NCBI GenBank assembly: GCA_963833985.1
Contig: CAWIAD010000002.1
Coordinates: 704,001 to 768,000 of the forward strand
Reading direction: 5' to 3'
Length of the DNA stretch: 64,000 bases
Source: an uncultured Planctomycetaceae bacterium
GTDB lineage: Bacteria > Planctomycetota > Planctomycetia > Isosphaerales > Isosphaeraceae
Program-made: the position numbers and the translations under genes
Notes under the pieces: model-generated
What the model was told of the DNA's origin: nothing
The model's database searches: none
The model's input: only the letters and a program-made list of their open reading frames with translations
Shown here: positions 42,790 through 53,669 of the stretch, one piece after another
Layout of the letters: every line of letters begins with the position of its first letter
Numbering within the stretch: position 1 is the first letter of the stretch

Positions 42790-45700
42790 ATGAACGTGAT
42801 CTTGCCATTACTCTTCTGGGCGATGGCCGAGCTTCCCGCATCGGCCGATGTGGCGCCGGTTCCGGTCGCGGGCGTGGTGGTTGATGCATCGGGACGGCCG
42901 GCTCAGAATGCGGAAGTCTGGCTGACGCGCGCGGTCCGATCCGAGGACGAGCGCCGATCGGCCGGGGCCCTTTCGTGGCATGCCTTTATCAGGAATGACG
43001 AAAGCACCGTCGCGGTTCGCTCGCGAACCGATGAGCAAGGGCGATTCCGGATCGAGGTATCGGCCGCGATCGCGGCCCGGTCCGACCCGATCGCCCTGGC
43101 AGTGTGGGCGTTTCATGGCGAGGAGGCGGTGACCATACGCCGCCTGCCGCGCGCGCTCAGGGCCGACGATCCACCGGACCGCTTGCCGCTCGGTACGGCC
43201 ACGCGCAGCAAGTGGGAAATCCATGGTCCCGACGGGCAGCCGATCGCCAGCGCCCGCGTGCGGCCCGCGGAAGTGCGTGAGATTCCGCTGCCGGAGGCTC
43301 TCGCCCGCCAGCTCGAGGTGACAACCGATCCCGAGGGCCGGTGCACGCTGCCGGGTTTGCCCCGCGACGCCATCGGCGCACTGCGGGTCCAGTCGCCCGC
43401 GTCGGGCATTCAGCATGTTGCCGTGAGCGGGAACACGAGCACAACGCTCACCCTGGCCCAGGTGGGGCGGGTCGCCGGCCGGCTGGTGGCACCCGAGGGT
43501 TTCGCACAGCCGATCCAAGGCGTCAGGATCCGGGTCCGGTCGCAGGTCGGCGGGTTCGACGGCTCGGGCATCTCGGGCGAGGCCGAGGCGGCGTGTGACG
43601 CGTCCGGGAACTTCGAGATCCCCGCAATCGCCGCGGGATTGCTCACGGTCGAGATCCTCTTTGATCGCGAACACGGCACACCCCTGCGCGGTGAGCCGCC
43701 GCGTGGACTGGTTCTCCGCGCGGGTTCGAGCGTCGAGGTCGCGATCCCCTTGCGCGCCACGGTACTGGTCCGGGGCGTGGTGCGCGACAAGGAGACGAAG
43801 AAGCCGGTCGCCGGGGTCAAGCTGGTGATGAACGGGGAGATGGGCGGAGACACGTTTGCCATCTCGGACGCCGCCGGGAACTACTCGGCGCACGTGGTCC
43901 GCGGGGTGGGCCAGCCGTTCGGCTGGGCGATCCAGGTTCCGCGGCCATTCTTTGAGCCCAGGGGGGCACGCGAGACGCCCCAGTCAATGCCCGCGCGTGA
44001 CCGTGCCGAGCTGGAGTTGCCTCCCATCGAACTCACACGCGGCCTCGATCTCGCGGGCGTTGTGGTCGACGAGTCTGGTAAGCCCGTGGGCGACGCCGAC
44101 GTTGAAGTGGTGTACGGCCAGGAGAACCTGACTCGCGCGGATCCGCAGGGACGGTTCCTGCTGCGCGGCGTTGATCCACGGCTCGACCTGAAGATCGAGG
44201 CCCGCAAGGGTGCTGCCACGTCGGGACGGACCACGATCGTGCGCGCGGGGAACCTGGCGACAGGCGCGCTTTCGCTCACGCTCCACGAAGCTCCATGGGG
44301 AGGCATTCGCGGCCGGGTCGTCGATCGAGCGGGCCAGCCCATCGAGCGCACCGCGGTGCGGATCTGGCGGCAGATCCCCATCGAAGGACGCACGTTTCTG
44401 AGAGAGCCGGCGGCCGGAGAGGACGGCGCAATCGTCTTCCGCACGGACGCCAACGGCCGGTTTCGGAGCACGCGTCCCTTGCCGCTGGGCGACGACTATG
44501 TCGTCGAGGTGACGGCTTCCGGGCACCTCCCGGCGCGAACTGCGGCCATCCGGCTTGCCGGCGGTGATCAGGCAGTTCCAGACATCACGCTGCCGGGCCT
44601 GCGGACGGTGACCGGCCAGGTCGCCGATCGAACGGGCAGGCCGCTCGGTGGTGTGCGAGTGCTTCAGTCGGGCGATGGACCGCTGCGCACGGAGACCACC
44701 ACCGATGAGAGCGGGCGGTTCCAGCTTGGCGGCGTGATGGAGGGCCCGGCGTTCGTGTTCGCCTCCAGGGAAGGGTACCGATCCGGCTTCCAGGCCATCG
44801 GTGCGGACAGCACGCCGGTCAAGCTCACACTTCTGCGCGGCGACGAACCGCCGATCCGAAAGTACAGGACCCTGGACTCTGCCTTGCCGGCTGATCAAGA
44901 GAAGACCTTGGCCCGGCGGCTCATCGAGCCGTACGTCCGGCGCGTGCTGGACCACGGATCGGACCAGCAAAAGTTTCGCATGGTCATGAACGCGGCGCAG
45001 GTCGATGCTCTGGTGCTGCTCGATAAGTTCGAGACGATCAAGTTCAGGAATTCCGACTTTTCGCATCTGGCGCGCGTCCGGTTCGTGGAAGGCCTGGCGA
45101 AGGAGAACCCGGACGAAGCACTCGCACAGGCCGAGGTGAGTACACTGCCCGAGGCGCGCGCGATCAGTTACGTGAGCATCTGGGAGCTGCAGCCCGAACT
45201 GGACAGGGCCAAGGTCCGCGAGCTGGTGGATCAGGCACTGCTGAACGCGCGGGCGATCAAGTCGCCCGAGCAGAGGATCGCCATCAGCGCGGATCGCCGA
45301 CAAGCTCATCGACCTGGGAGAAAAAGAGCCGGCGCAAGCTGCTCACCGAGGCAGAAGCGCTGGCGGGCTCCACCAGGAAGGGCAAGACCAGGGATTTCAA
45401 CCTGATCAGCGTCGCCGAGGCCCTGGCGCGGCTGGACCCGCCCGCGGCACTCAGGCTGCTCGATGACTTCGAGCAGGAAATTCGCAAGAATAATAAAATC
45501 GATTTGACGTATGTATTTGTGAGAGGCTATGGAACCACGGCGTACAAGATCGCGGCCGGGGCGCCGGAGGTCGCGGAGCAGATCCTCCAGAAGATCCGCG
45601 GCCTCGATCCTCGCCAGCCCAACAACTACGTCGTCGCCGTGTGCTCCAGAATGGCACCCACCGACCTGCCGCGCCCGGCGCATCGCCGCGACGATGTTCG

Positions 45701-46335
45701 ATGACAGGACGATCGGGATGCAACCTTATGCCCTGGGACTGATGGCACAGGCGGTTGCCGCGTCCGACCGGCCGGCAGCCGTGGGCCTGCTAGAGGCCGC
45801 ATTCCATGAGCTGGAGCAACAGCAGCCAACCCGGAGCGGCACGACGCTTCATGGAAAAGCACAGCTCGCCGGTGCGCTCTTGCCCGTGGTCGAGGATGTC
45901 GAACCGGATCGCTTGCCCGAGTTCACCGCCCGAGCCATTGCGCTGCGCGAGCCCTGGCTCGACGGCAGTAGTGTGGCTGAACACGCTGAGGAGATCGCCC
46001 AGATCGCGATGATGATTGCCCGTTATGACCGTGAGCTGGCGTTGCATCTGCTCGAGCCCCAGGTCAAGCAGCTCGCGATGGTCCGCGGTCCGGCCGGCTC
46101 CGACTTCACCTCGTTCCGGGTGCTCGCGGCGCTGGCCCTGATCGACCCGCGCCGGGCTGTCGAGCTGGCGGAAAGCCTCCCCGACGATCCGGCGCCTGGC
46201 CTCGACGAGAACACGCCCAAGAACCTTGCCCGAATACAGCTCGCCGTGTTGCTCGCCGCGCACGGCAAGGCGCGCTGGCAGCAGGTTTACGACAGTTATC
46301 TGAACCTCTGGACTCCGGGACAACGCTATCTCTGA
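42790..46335 (+). CDS. Large exported protein with repeated carboxypeptidase-regulatory-like domains and helical C-terminus (frameshifts near 45290 and 45670)
   Basis: Repeated GxVVDxxGxP...TDxxGRF units; colinear with the next gene to the C-terminus. Confidence 0.8.
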
Positions 46336-46361
46336 GAAGGAGGCTCAAGGAGACCGCGATC

Positions 46362-49300
46362 ATGGCTGCTCTCGCGCTGCTTTTCTCAATCACGCTTTCG
46401 GCCCAGCTTGCACCCTCGGCCGATCCCCGGCCGGTGCCTGTCTCGGGCATCGTCCTCGATTCCGCCGGCAAACCGGCGGCCGGTGTCACGGTCTGGCTGA
46501 TCGACGGCTTGCCCGCCGAGGCGTTCCGCTGGTTTGGCGACGAGCTTCGCGTGGCGCCTTACGCCGGGCCCGGCGTGGGTCTGCCGAGGATTCGAGTGGA
46601 AACGCGAACCGACGCTTCAGGCCGGTTCGCGCTCGAGGTTCCGGCCAGCTTCATCGCCCGCCGCTGGCAGAATCCCCTGGTCCTCCTGGCCCATCAGCCG
46701 GGGACACCGCTCGCGATCCATCGGCTGCCAGGGCCGCTGGGACAGGATCCTGCGCCGGTTGACTTGCCGCTTCAGGCCGGCGAGGGAACGGCGCTGCGGG
46801 TGCTGGCCCCTGCCGGAACGCCGGTCGCCGGGGCGATCGTCGAGCCGCGCGATCTCGATGACGTGCCGCTCGATGTTCTTCTGGGCGGTCCGCTCGGCGG
46901 CACGACCGACAGCCAGGGCCGCGTGGTGCTGGCGTCGGTGCCGCGCGGCCTGTTGCGGGAGGTCGCGGTCACGGCGCCTGGTCTTGGCACCCAGCGCCTG
47001 CGGATCGATGGCGATCCGGCGGCGGACCTCCGGCTTACGCCGGTGGGAAGACTGGCGGGACGCCTGGTGGCACAGGGAAACGAGCCAATCCGCGGGGTGA
47101 GCATCAAGGCCACAACGCTCGTGGGGGGATTCGCGGGCACGGGCCGAAGCGGCTGGGCCCAGGCGGCGGCCGATGCCTCCGGCCGGTTCGAGATCCCGGC
47201 CATCGCCGCGGGGATGCTCACGCTGGAAGTCGTGCTGGACCCCAGAGCGGGTGCCAGGCTCTGCACCGAGCCCCATCGCGGGATCGTCGTGGCGGACGGG
47301 ACGACGACCGAGCTCACCATCCCGCTCCTCCCGTCCGTCCGGATCGCGGGATCGGTCCAGGAACAGGGGACGAATCGTCCCATAACCGGCGCTCTGGTGC
47401 AACTGGACGGGATGTTCGGCGGCGACTGTTTCGCGGTGACCGATTCCGGCGGCAAGTATGAGGGCTTCATCGCTCGCGAGAATTTTCAGCCTTACGGCTG
47501 GACGATTCGCGAGCCGATCCCATTCTTCTTTCCCACGGTGATCAAGGACACCTATCAGCGCATGCCGCCGCCGGGAACCGATGAGCTCGTGATCCCGCCT
47601 CTCGAGCGGCCGCGCGGAGTCGACGTGCCCGGCCGCGTCGTGGATGACATGGGGCGCGCCGTCGCGGGTGCCACGGTGGAAGGAACCTGGCGGCACGGCA
47701 CGGGCCGAACCCAGCTCGCAATGGCTCGCGCCGATGCCCAGGGCCGGTTCGTCCTCCACGGGGTCGATCCCGCGGCCGAGTTGACCTACCGCGCCTGGCG
47801 GGGTGATTTGTGCACGTCCGGGACGACCACGGCGCAGGCCTCCGCCGCGCTCACGAAGCCCGTCACGCTGAGCATCACGCCCAAGGCTGCCGCGCAGCTC
47901 GGCGGCCGGGTGCTCGACACCGCAGGCCAGCCAATCGCCGGCGCAGCGGTGCGAGTCTGGCGCGTGGGCCGCGGCAAGGACGGCGGTGTGACCGAGCTGG
48001 AACCGATCCTGTCCGGGGACGGACGCGCGATTGTCCGGAGCGGATCGGATGGCCGCTACCAGACACTCAGAAAGGTTCACCTCCCCGACGAGTTCTTCGC
48101 CGAGGTCCAGGCGCCGGGACGGCTTGGCGATCGGTCACTCACGGTCCTCGTGGCCGATGAGAAGCAAGAGATCCCATCTGTGATCCTCCGCCGGGTCGGT
48201 TCGATCTCCGGCCAGGTGGTCGACCGCCAGGGCCAGCCCGTGGCCGGTGCCCTGGTGCGGCAAGCGGGTGATGGACCGATGCCGACGGAGGCGACCACGA
48301 ACGTGCAGGGCCGGTTCGAGCTTCCTGGCGTGCGCTCAGGACCGGCGATCGTGACGGTCTCGAAACCGGGCTACCGAATCGAGCCCCATCTCGTTGCAGA
48401 CAGCCAGGCGCCCGACCGACCCGTCCTGACGCGCAGCGATGAGCCGGCCGCGCGCGCGTACAGCACCCTCCCTCCGGCCATGACCGCCGAGCAGGAACTC
48501 GCGCTGATCCGCCGGCTCGTTTCGCCGCTGGCCAGGCGGATCCTCAAGGAGGGGACCGAGGACGACCGGCGCAGGATCATGAGCAGTCTCGCGGAAATCG
48601 ATCCCGCATGGGCCCTGGAGCATCTGGATTCGGTCAAGTTCGCCGATCCGGACGCTCCCGACGAGGTTCGAGCGAGCATCGCCGGCGCCCTGCTACGCGA
48701 CGACGCCGACGAGGCCGCCACGGTCATCGAGAGCATCAAAAGCCCAGCGCAGAAGGTTTTTGTTTACGCCAGTAGCGCGCGGGAACTGCTGAAGCGCGAC
48801 CCAGCCCGAGCCCGGCAGTATCTCGACCAGGCGATCGTGAATCTCAGGTTAGCCAGTCCACGAAGCCAGGTCTTCTCGACGCAGACCATCAGTGACCTGC
48901 TCGTCGATCTCGGCGAGACGCAGCGTGCCCGCCAGTGGCTCAAGGACCAGCGGCAAAAGTTTGAATCGCTCTACACCGGGGGGCAACGGAGCTATTACAT
49001 CGCAAGCCAGATTCTTGTTCCGATGGCCCGGATCGACGCGCCTGCCGCGCTGGCGGAATTCGAGACGCTGCGACGCAACGTTGAGCGCGAATCGAATCCA
49101 CGCGACCCAATAGTATTCGATAGACAGCTGGATAAGATCGCCTTTCACCTTGCCGATCGATCGCCCGCGGAGGCGGAACGGCTGCTGCGGAGGGTCGCAT
49201 CCTCAGGGGAATCGATCCGTTCCCTCGATGGCCTGGTCCTCGGGATCTGCCGGCGGATGGCCGCCAGAGACTTGCCCCGCGCCAGGAGCCTCACCGGACT

Positions 49301-49946
49301 GATCGGCAACGCGGAGATCGAAGAGAAGGCATTCGCCCTCGGTCTCATGGCCGGGGCGATTGCCCAGGCTGAGAAAACGACGGCGCTTCGCCTGCTCGAT
49401 GAGGCGTACACCGAGCTCGAGCGGCAGAGAGCACGCGGCAGGGTCAGCCAGTTCTGCACGATCGCGGGTGTGGCCGGTGGTTTACTGCCCATCGTCGAGC
49501 AGGTCGACGCCAGCCGCTTGCCCGAATATCTGTCGCGGGCCATCGCGCTGCGGCCCCTGCCGGGCGCGTGGAGCGAGGGCTCGTACATCCCCAACCAGAA
49601 CGCGCGGCTGGCGATGATGGTGGCGCGCTACGACCGGAAGCTGGCCGCTCTGGTCATACAGCCGGACCTCGATCGTCTGGGCAAGCTCTGGTTGTCGGCC
49701 CACGGAATCGAACTGCGAACTCGCGTCACCCTCTGTGCCCTGGCCCTGGTTGATCCGCTCAGGGCCGTGGAGATGATCGAAAGTCTGCCGGAGAGCCCGG
49801 GCCCGGGGCTGAATGGGTTCACTCCGGGCGAGAACGACATCCGCATCGATTGTGCCCGGCTGCTGTCGCTGCGCGGTGACGACCGCTGGCGGCAGGTCTA
49901 TCAACAGTTCCTCCTGGTCTGGACGCCGGACCAGGAATTGCGCTGA
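46362..49946 (+). CDS. Large exported protein, full-length paralog of 42790-46335
   Basis: Intact 1194 aa ORF with signal peptide and the same repeat units; shared FEIPAIAAG, QxGDGP, MMxARYDR, WTP. Confidence 0.85.
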   Translation: MAALALLFSITLSAQLAPSADPRPVPVSGIVLDSAGKPAAGVTVWLIDGLPAEAFRWFGDELRVAPYAGPGVGLPRIRVETRTDASGRFALEVPASFIARRWQNPLVLLAHQPGTPLAIHRLPGPLGQDPAPVDLPLQAGEGTALRVLAPAGTPVAGAIVEPRDLDDVPLDVLLGGPLGGTTDSQGRVVLASVPRGLLREVAVTAPGLGTQRLRIDGDPAADLRLTPVGRLAGRLVAQGNEPIRGVSIKATTLVGGFAGTGRSGWAQAAADASGRFEIPAIAAGMLTLEVVLDPRAGARLCTEPHRGIVVADGTTTELTIPLLPSVRIAGSVQEQGTNRPITGALVQLDGMFGGDCFAVTDSGGKYEGFIARENFQPYGWTIREPIPFFFPTVIKDTYQRMPPPGTDELVIPPLERPRGVDVPGRVVDDMGRAVAGATVEGTWRHGTGRTQLAMARADAQGRFVLHGVDPAAELTYRAWRGDLCTSGTTTAQASAALTKPVTLSITPKAAAQLGGRVLDTAGQPIAGAAVRVWRVGRGKDGGVTELEPILSGDGRAIVRSGSDGRYQTLRKVHLPDEFFAEVQAPGRLGDRSLTVLVADEKQEIPSVILRRVGSISGQVVDRQGQPVAGALVRQAGDGPMPTEATTNVQGRFELPGVRSGPAIVTVSKPGYRIEPHLVADSQAPDRPVLTRSDEPAARAYSTLPPAMTAEQELALIRRLVSPLARRILKEGTEDDRRRIMSSLAEIDPAWALEHLDSVKFADPDAPDEVRASIAGALLRDDADEAATVIESIKSPAQKVFVYASSARELLKRDPARARQYLDQAIVNLRLASPRSQVFSTQTISDLLVDLGETQRARQWLKDQRQKFESLYTGGQRSYYIASQILVPMARIDAPAALAEFETLRRNVERESNPRDPIVFDRQLDKIAFHLADRSPAEAERLLRRVASSGESIRSLDGLVLGICRRMAARDLPRARSLTGLIGNAEIEEKAFALGLMAGAIAQAEKTTALRLLDEAYTELERQRARGRVSQFCTIAGVAGGLLPIVEQVDASRLPEYLSRAIALRPLPGAWSEGSYIPNQNARLAMMVARYDRKLAALVIQPDLDRLGKLWLSAHGIELRTRVTLCALALVDPLRAVEMIESLPESPGPGLNGFTPGENDIRIDCARLLSLRGDDRWRQVYQQFLLVWTPDQELR

Positions 49947-49967
49947 ATACGAGGGAGGTTGCCAATC

Positions 49968-51354
49968 ATGATCGCTCTGCCTCTGACATGTCTCGCCCTC
50001 ACCCTGGCGGGTCTTCCGCCGGGCGATCACAAACCCCAGCCTGCCGCGGAAGCCTGGCAATTCGTGCTGCCGGGGGCTGGCGATCCGTTCGAGCATCCGC
50101 CGTTCCGTGCCATGGTCCTCAGCCGCGACAAGCCGGAGGATGTGAGCGAGAAGGTCGCCTATCGCGGCACGACTCGGCGCTACGGGCAGCTCCGCTACGG
50201 TAGCCCGGGCTCGGTGCGCGTGACGGTCGTGCTCGACGAGATGGGGCCCGGCGACGTCGACCTGTTCGTCGATGCCAATCGCGACCGCAAGATCGATGAC
50301 CGCGACTGCGTCGCTGGAACGAAGAACGGCACGAGCCGTGAACGGGTCTGGCGCATGCCGCTCGACGTGGCCATGGTCGAGGGCGAGGTGACGAAGCTGA
50401 CCCGCCGCGCCCTGATTCTTCGCCTGGGCGCCACCGGGCGGACTCTCGGCTATGCGTCGGCCGGGTATCTCGCGGGGACAGTCCTCATGGAGGGCCAGCC
50501 TCGCTCGGTCCGGCGCATGGATGGCGACGGCAACGGCCTTCTGACCGATGGCCAGGACCGGCTCTGGATTGACCTCAATCACGACGGCCAGTGGGACGCC
50601 GCGTCCGAGCAGTTCCTGTACACGACCATCCTCAACCTGGAAGGGAAGCGGTACGTGCTGCGGTCCGACACGCTCGGCACGCGACTGGCGCTTCGAGCCG
50701 CTCGTCGGCACGGGGAGCGTCCAGCTTGCTCTGGGGACGGGGAAGGCCAAGGCCGCTGAGCTGCACGCGACACTCGTCGGCCGCGACGGGTCGGCGTTTG
50801 GCCTCTCCGGCAACGAGCCGGCGACCGTGCCCGTGGGCGAGTACCGGCTGAGCACGGTCACGGTGACGTTTGATGATCCCCAGGGAGGCCTGAGCTGGTC
50901 GTTCATCTTCTCCGACAACGGCGCGCGAGGCGACCTCAAGTGGTACACCGTCGGCAAGGACCAGCAGCGGTCGATCGACCCGATCGGCACGCTGGAGATG
51001 GCGCTCACCGTGGCCGACAAGGTGAAGGCGGTGAAGCCGGGCGAGGATGTTTCCGTCCAGCCGGCGCTCTACACGGGCGATGGCCTCCTGATCAACGTGG
51101 CCTATCGCGGCACGCCCACGTCGGCCTCGGCCCAGGAATACGCCGGTGCGCTCACCACGCTGGCCACGACCGACGGCCAAACGCTCGGTACTGCGCACTC
51201 GGGCTTTGCCTGAGGCACCTTCTGCGCGGCCTCGGTTCGAGTGCCCCAATCTCAGCCCGCCGGTCCCGTCCAGTTTTCCACCGAATTCAACAGCGGCCCG
51301 CTTGCGGGTGTCCTGCGCAAGGCCGTCACGGTCGAGGTGAACACGAAGCCTTGA
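49968..51354 (+). CDS. Exported protein, candidate selenoprotein (in-frame TGA at 51211-51213; frameshift near 50690)
   Basis: Signal peptide; DxNxDG-type loops; ...HSGFA-TGA-GTFCAASVRVP...NSGPLAGVLRKAVTVEVNTKP-stop. The CDS is well supported; the read-through is inferred. Confidence 0.7.
51228..51245 (+). promoter_or_regulatory. Putative bacterial SECIS hairpin
   Basis: GGC-CUCG [GUU] CGAG-U-GCC; the loop starts with GU, 21 nt after the UGA. Confidence 0.5.
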
Positions 51355-51407
51355 CCGTGGTTATAATTGGATGTCAAGAAGCCCCGTGCCGCCTTCAGGA
51401 GACTGCC

Positions 51408-51722
51408 ATGTTCGATCTGATCAAGAAGACATTGCTCACCGGCGTCGGTCTGGCCGTCATGACCAGGGACAAGGTAGAAGAGCTGGGCAAGGACTTCGCC
51501 TCGCAGGCCAAGCTCTCCGAGATCGAGGGCAAGGAATTTGTCGATCACCTGATGCAGCAGTCCGAGACGGCCCGCAAGGAGTTCGAGACGCGCATCAACT
51601 CCGCCGTGCAGAAAGCCGTCTCGACCTTGAACCTGGCCAGCAAGGACGAGGTCGCGCGGCTCTCGGCGAAGGTCGAGGAACTGACGGCGAAGCTGGATAG
51701 CGGCAAGGCAACGAGCGTTTGA
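51408..51722 (+). CDS. Phasin-like small coiled-coil protein, copy 1
   Basis: MFDLIKKTLLTGVGLAVMT...EGKEFVDHL...LNLASKDEVARL; AGGAG RBS. Confidence 0.8.
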   Translation: MFDLIKKTLLTGVGLAVMTRDKVEELGKDFASQAKLSEIEGKEFVDHLMQQSETARKEFETRINSAVQKAVSTLNLASKDEVARLSAKVEELTAKLDSGKATSV

Positions 51723-52115
51723 ACGCGTGAAGATTATTCGACGGGCGGCCGCACATCGGGCTCGACCTGGTAGCCGCTGGCGAGCGCATTGGTCATGGAA
51801 AGCGGTTCTGGCTGGCCTAAGCTCGCGGCTGCTGATCTGATCAGCCCATCGCGATGTTACCAATCCCTCTGGAGTGAGGTTGCGAAGCGGACATCTCCCA
51901 GAGCCTCCTCCGGCGAATCCTGCTCGCCTGACCGAAAGCAAGCGGCTCCCGATCACGGTCGAGACGACCTTACCATGATCCCCGTCATTGGCCAGATTCA
52001 TTGAGAGCGTCCAGATGCCCGCAAGAGCTTAGGGCTAGACTTAGACTCACCAGCGCTGTAACCGGTGAACCATAACGGAAAACGCACAAACCTATTGTGA
52101 CCGGAAGGGAAACCA

Positions 52116-52307
52116 ATGCCTGAGACGACGATCAAGGACGAAGCCCGCCGCTTGGTGGAGCGTCTGCCAGAGGACGCGACCTGGGAAGACCTCCAGTATG
52201 AGATCTACTTCCGTCAGGCGGTCGAGGCGGGGCTCAAGGATTCTCGCGAAGGGCGCACGGTGTCGCTCGAAGAGGCCCGGCGCCGATTCGGAATTGACCG
52301 GTCATGA
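52116..52307 (+). CDS. Putative type II antitoxin
   Basis: LVERLPEDATWEDLQYEIY..AVEAGLKD.REGRTVS; ATGA overlap with the toxin gene. Confidence 0.8.
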   Translation: MPETTIKDEARRLVERLPEDATWEDLQYEIYFRQAVEAGLKDSREGRTVSLEEARRRFGIDRS

Positions 52308-52591
52308 ATGTCCGCTGGACCGAGGCCGCGCTGGCCGACCTGCAAGCCGCGGAGGCATACATCGCCCGGCATTCGGAGCAGTACGCCCGCGTGATGGTCG
52401 AGCGGATCTTCGATCGGAGCGAACTCCTGACCTCGCAGCCCCGGCTTGGACCTGTCATCCCCGAGTACGAGAACGAGACGCTCCGGGAGTTGTTCGTGGA
52501 CCCGTATCGGATCGTCTATCGGCTGCTTGACCACCAGGTGGACATCGTGGCAGTGGTACACGGGGCGAGGCGGATGCCTCGCGGACTCTGA
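52304..52591 (+). CDS. RelE/ParE family type II toxin
   Basis: VRWTEAALADL..YIA, PRLG..IPEY, RELFVDPYRIVY, VAVVHGAR. Confidence 0.9.
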   Translation: MNVRWTEAALADLQAAEAYIARHSEQYARVMVERIFDRSELLTSQPRLGPVIPEYENETLRELFVDPYRIVYRLLDHQVDIVAVVHGARRMPRGL

Positions 52592-52765
52592 GCCCGATCG
52601 GATGCCGCCTTTCAGTCTGTTTCAGAGGGATGTCCCTGCCTGGGTGCTTGTGTTGGGTCTTTCGTACCCCATGTCTGGCCTTGGCCCGGCAGCAAATCGT
52701 AAACGGTAATGCGAGGTATAATCGGCTTGGAGTCATCGCGGATTCTCATCCTTCAGGAGACTGCC

Positions 52766-53080
52766 ATGTTCGATCTGATCAAGAAGACATTGCTCACCGG
52801 CGTCGGTCTGGCCGTCATGACGAAGGACAAGGTGGAAGAGCTGGGCAAGGACTTCGCCTCGCAGGCCAAGCTCTCCGAGATCGAGGGCAAGGAATTTGTC
52901 GATCACCTGATGCAGCAGTCCGAGACGGCCCGCAAGGAGTTCGAGACGCGCATCAACTCCGCCGTGCAGAAGGCCGTCTCGACCTTGAACCTGGCCAGCA
53001 AGGACGAGGTCGCGCGGCTCTCGGCGAAGGTCGAGGAACTGACGGCGAAGCTGGATAGCGGCAAGGGTACGAGCGTTTGA
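52766..53080 (+). CDS. Phasin-like small coiled-coil protein, copy 2
   Basis: Differs from copy 1 at two residues. Confidence 0.8.
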   Translation: MFDLIKKTLLTGVGLAVMTKDKVEELGKDFASQAKLSEIEGKEFVDHLMQQSETARKEFETRINSAVQKAVSTLNLASKDEVARLSAKVEELTAKLDSGKGTSV

Positions 53081-53091
53081 ACGCGTGAAGA

Positions 53092-53529
53092 TTATTCGAC
53101 GGGCGGCCGCACATCGGGCTCGACCTGGTAGCCGCTGGCGAGCGCATTGGTCATGTTGAAGAGGCCGACGATGGCGAGGATCTCGCCGAGCGTTTCCGGG
53201 TCGACGCCCAGCTTGCGCAGGGCCGCGGTGTGCGAGTTGATGCAGTAAGGGCAGGCGTTGGTGGCCGAGACGGCCAGCGCGATGATCTCGCGCGTCTTCG
53301 GGTCGAGCCGCGCGGTGTGGCCGACCGCTTCGGGATGCATGAGCGTCTTGAGGTTCGTCCACACCAGCTCGAGCTGCATCGGATTGGTGGCGAGCACCTG
53401 CCAGAAGCGCGGGACGAAGTTGATCTTCTTGGTCGCCTTGATGTCGGCGTAGATCGCGGCGACCTTGCCAGTGGCCTCATGCTCTTCCACGGGTCGGACG
53501 GTTGCCATGCGTGAGTCGGGTTGCGGCAT
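53092..53529 (-). CDS. Carboxymuconolactone decarboxylase / AhpD-like protein
   Basis: REIIALAVSATNACPYCINSH (CxxC...H). Confidence 0.9.
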   Translation of the reverse strand: MPQPDSRMATVRPVEEHEATGKVAAIYADIKATKKINFVPRFWQVLATNPMQLELVWTNLKTLMHPEAVGHTARLDPKTREIIALAVSATNACPYCINSHTAALRKLGVDPETLGEILAIVGLFNMTNALASGYQVEPDVRPPVE

Positions 53530-53669
53530 GAGGCGTCTCCCTTGCCAGTTCGGGACTGGCCGCAGGTTTTGGAGCGATGGGCGGCTCAGTCCAGGTTAGC
53601 ATCAAGGTCGGCGAAGCGACGAGGGGGTGTATTGACCCGCTGAGCATCGCCGGGGACCTGCGCGGGCCC

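Larger units (their letters stand above)
51392..53155 (+). repeat. ~406 bp direct repeat (51392-51797 and 52750-53155)
   Basis: Near-identical copies at offset 1358 with about 6 substitutions. Confidence 0.92.

Noticed and set aside
51392..53155. Simple assembly duplication
   Set aside because: The copies differ by about 6 substitutions, several synonymous, and have distinct upstream sequence; not fully excluded without reads.
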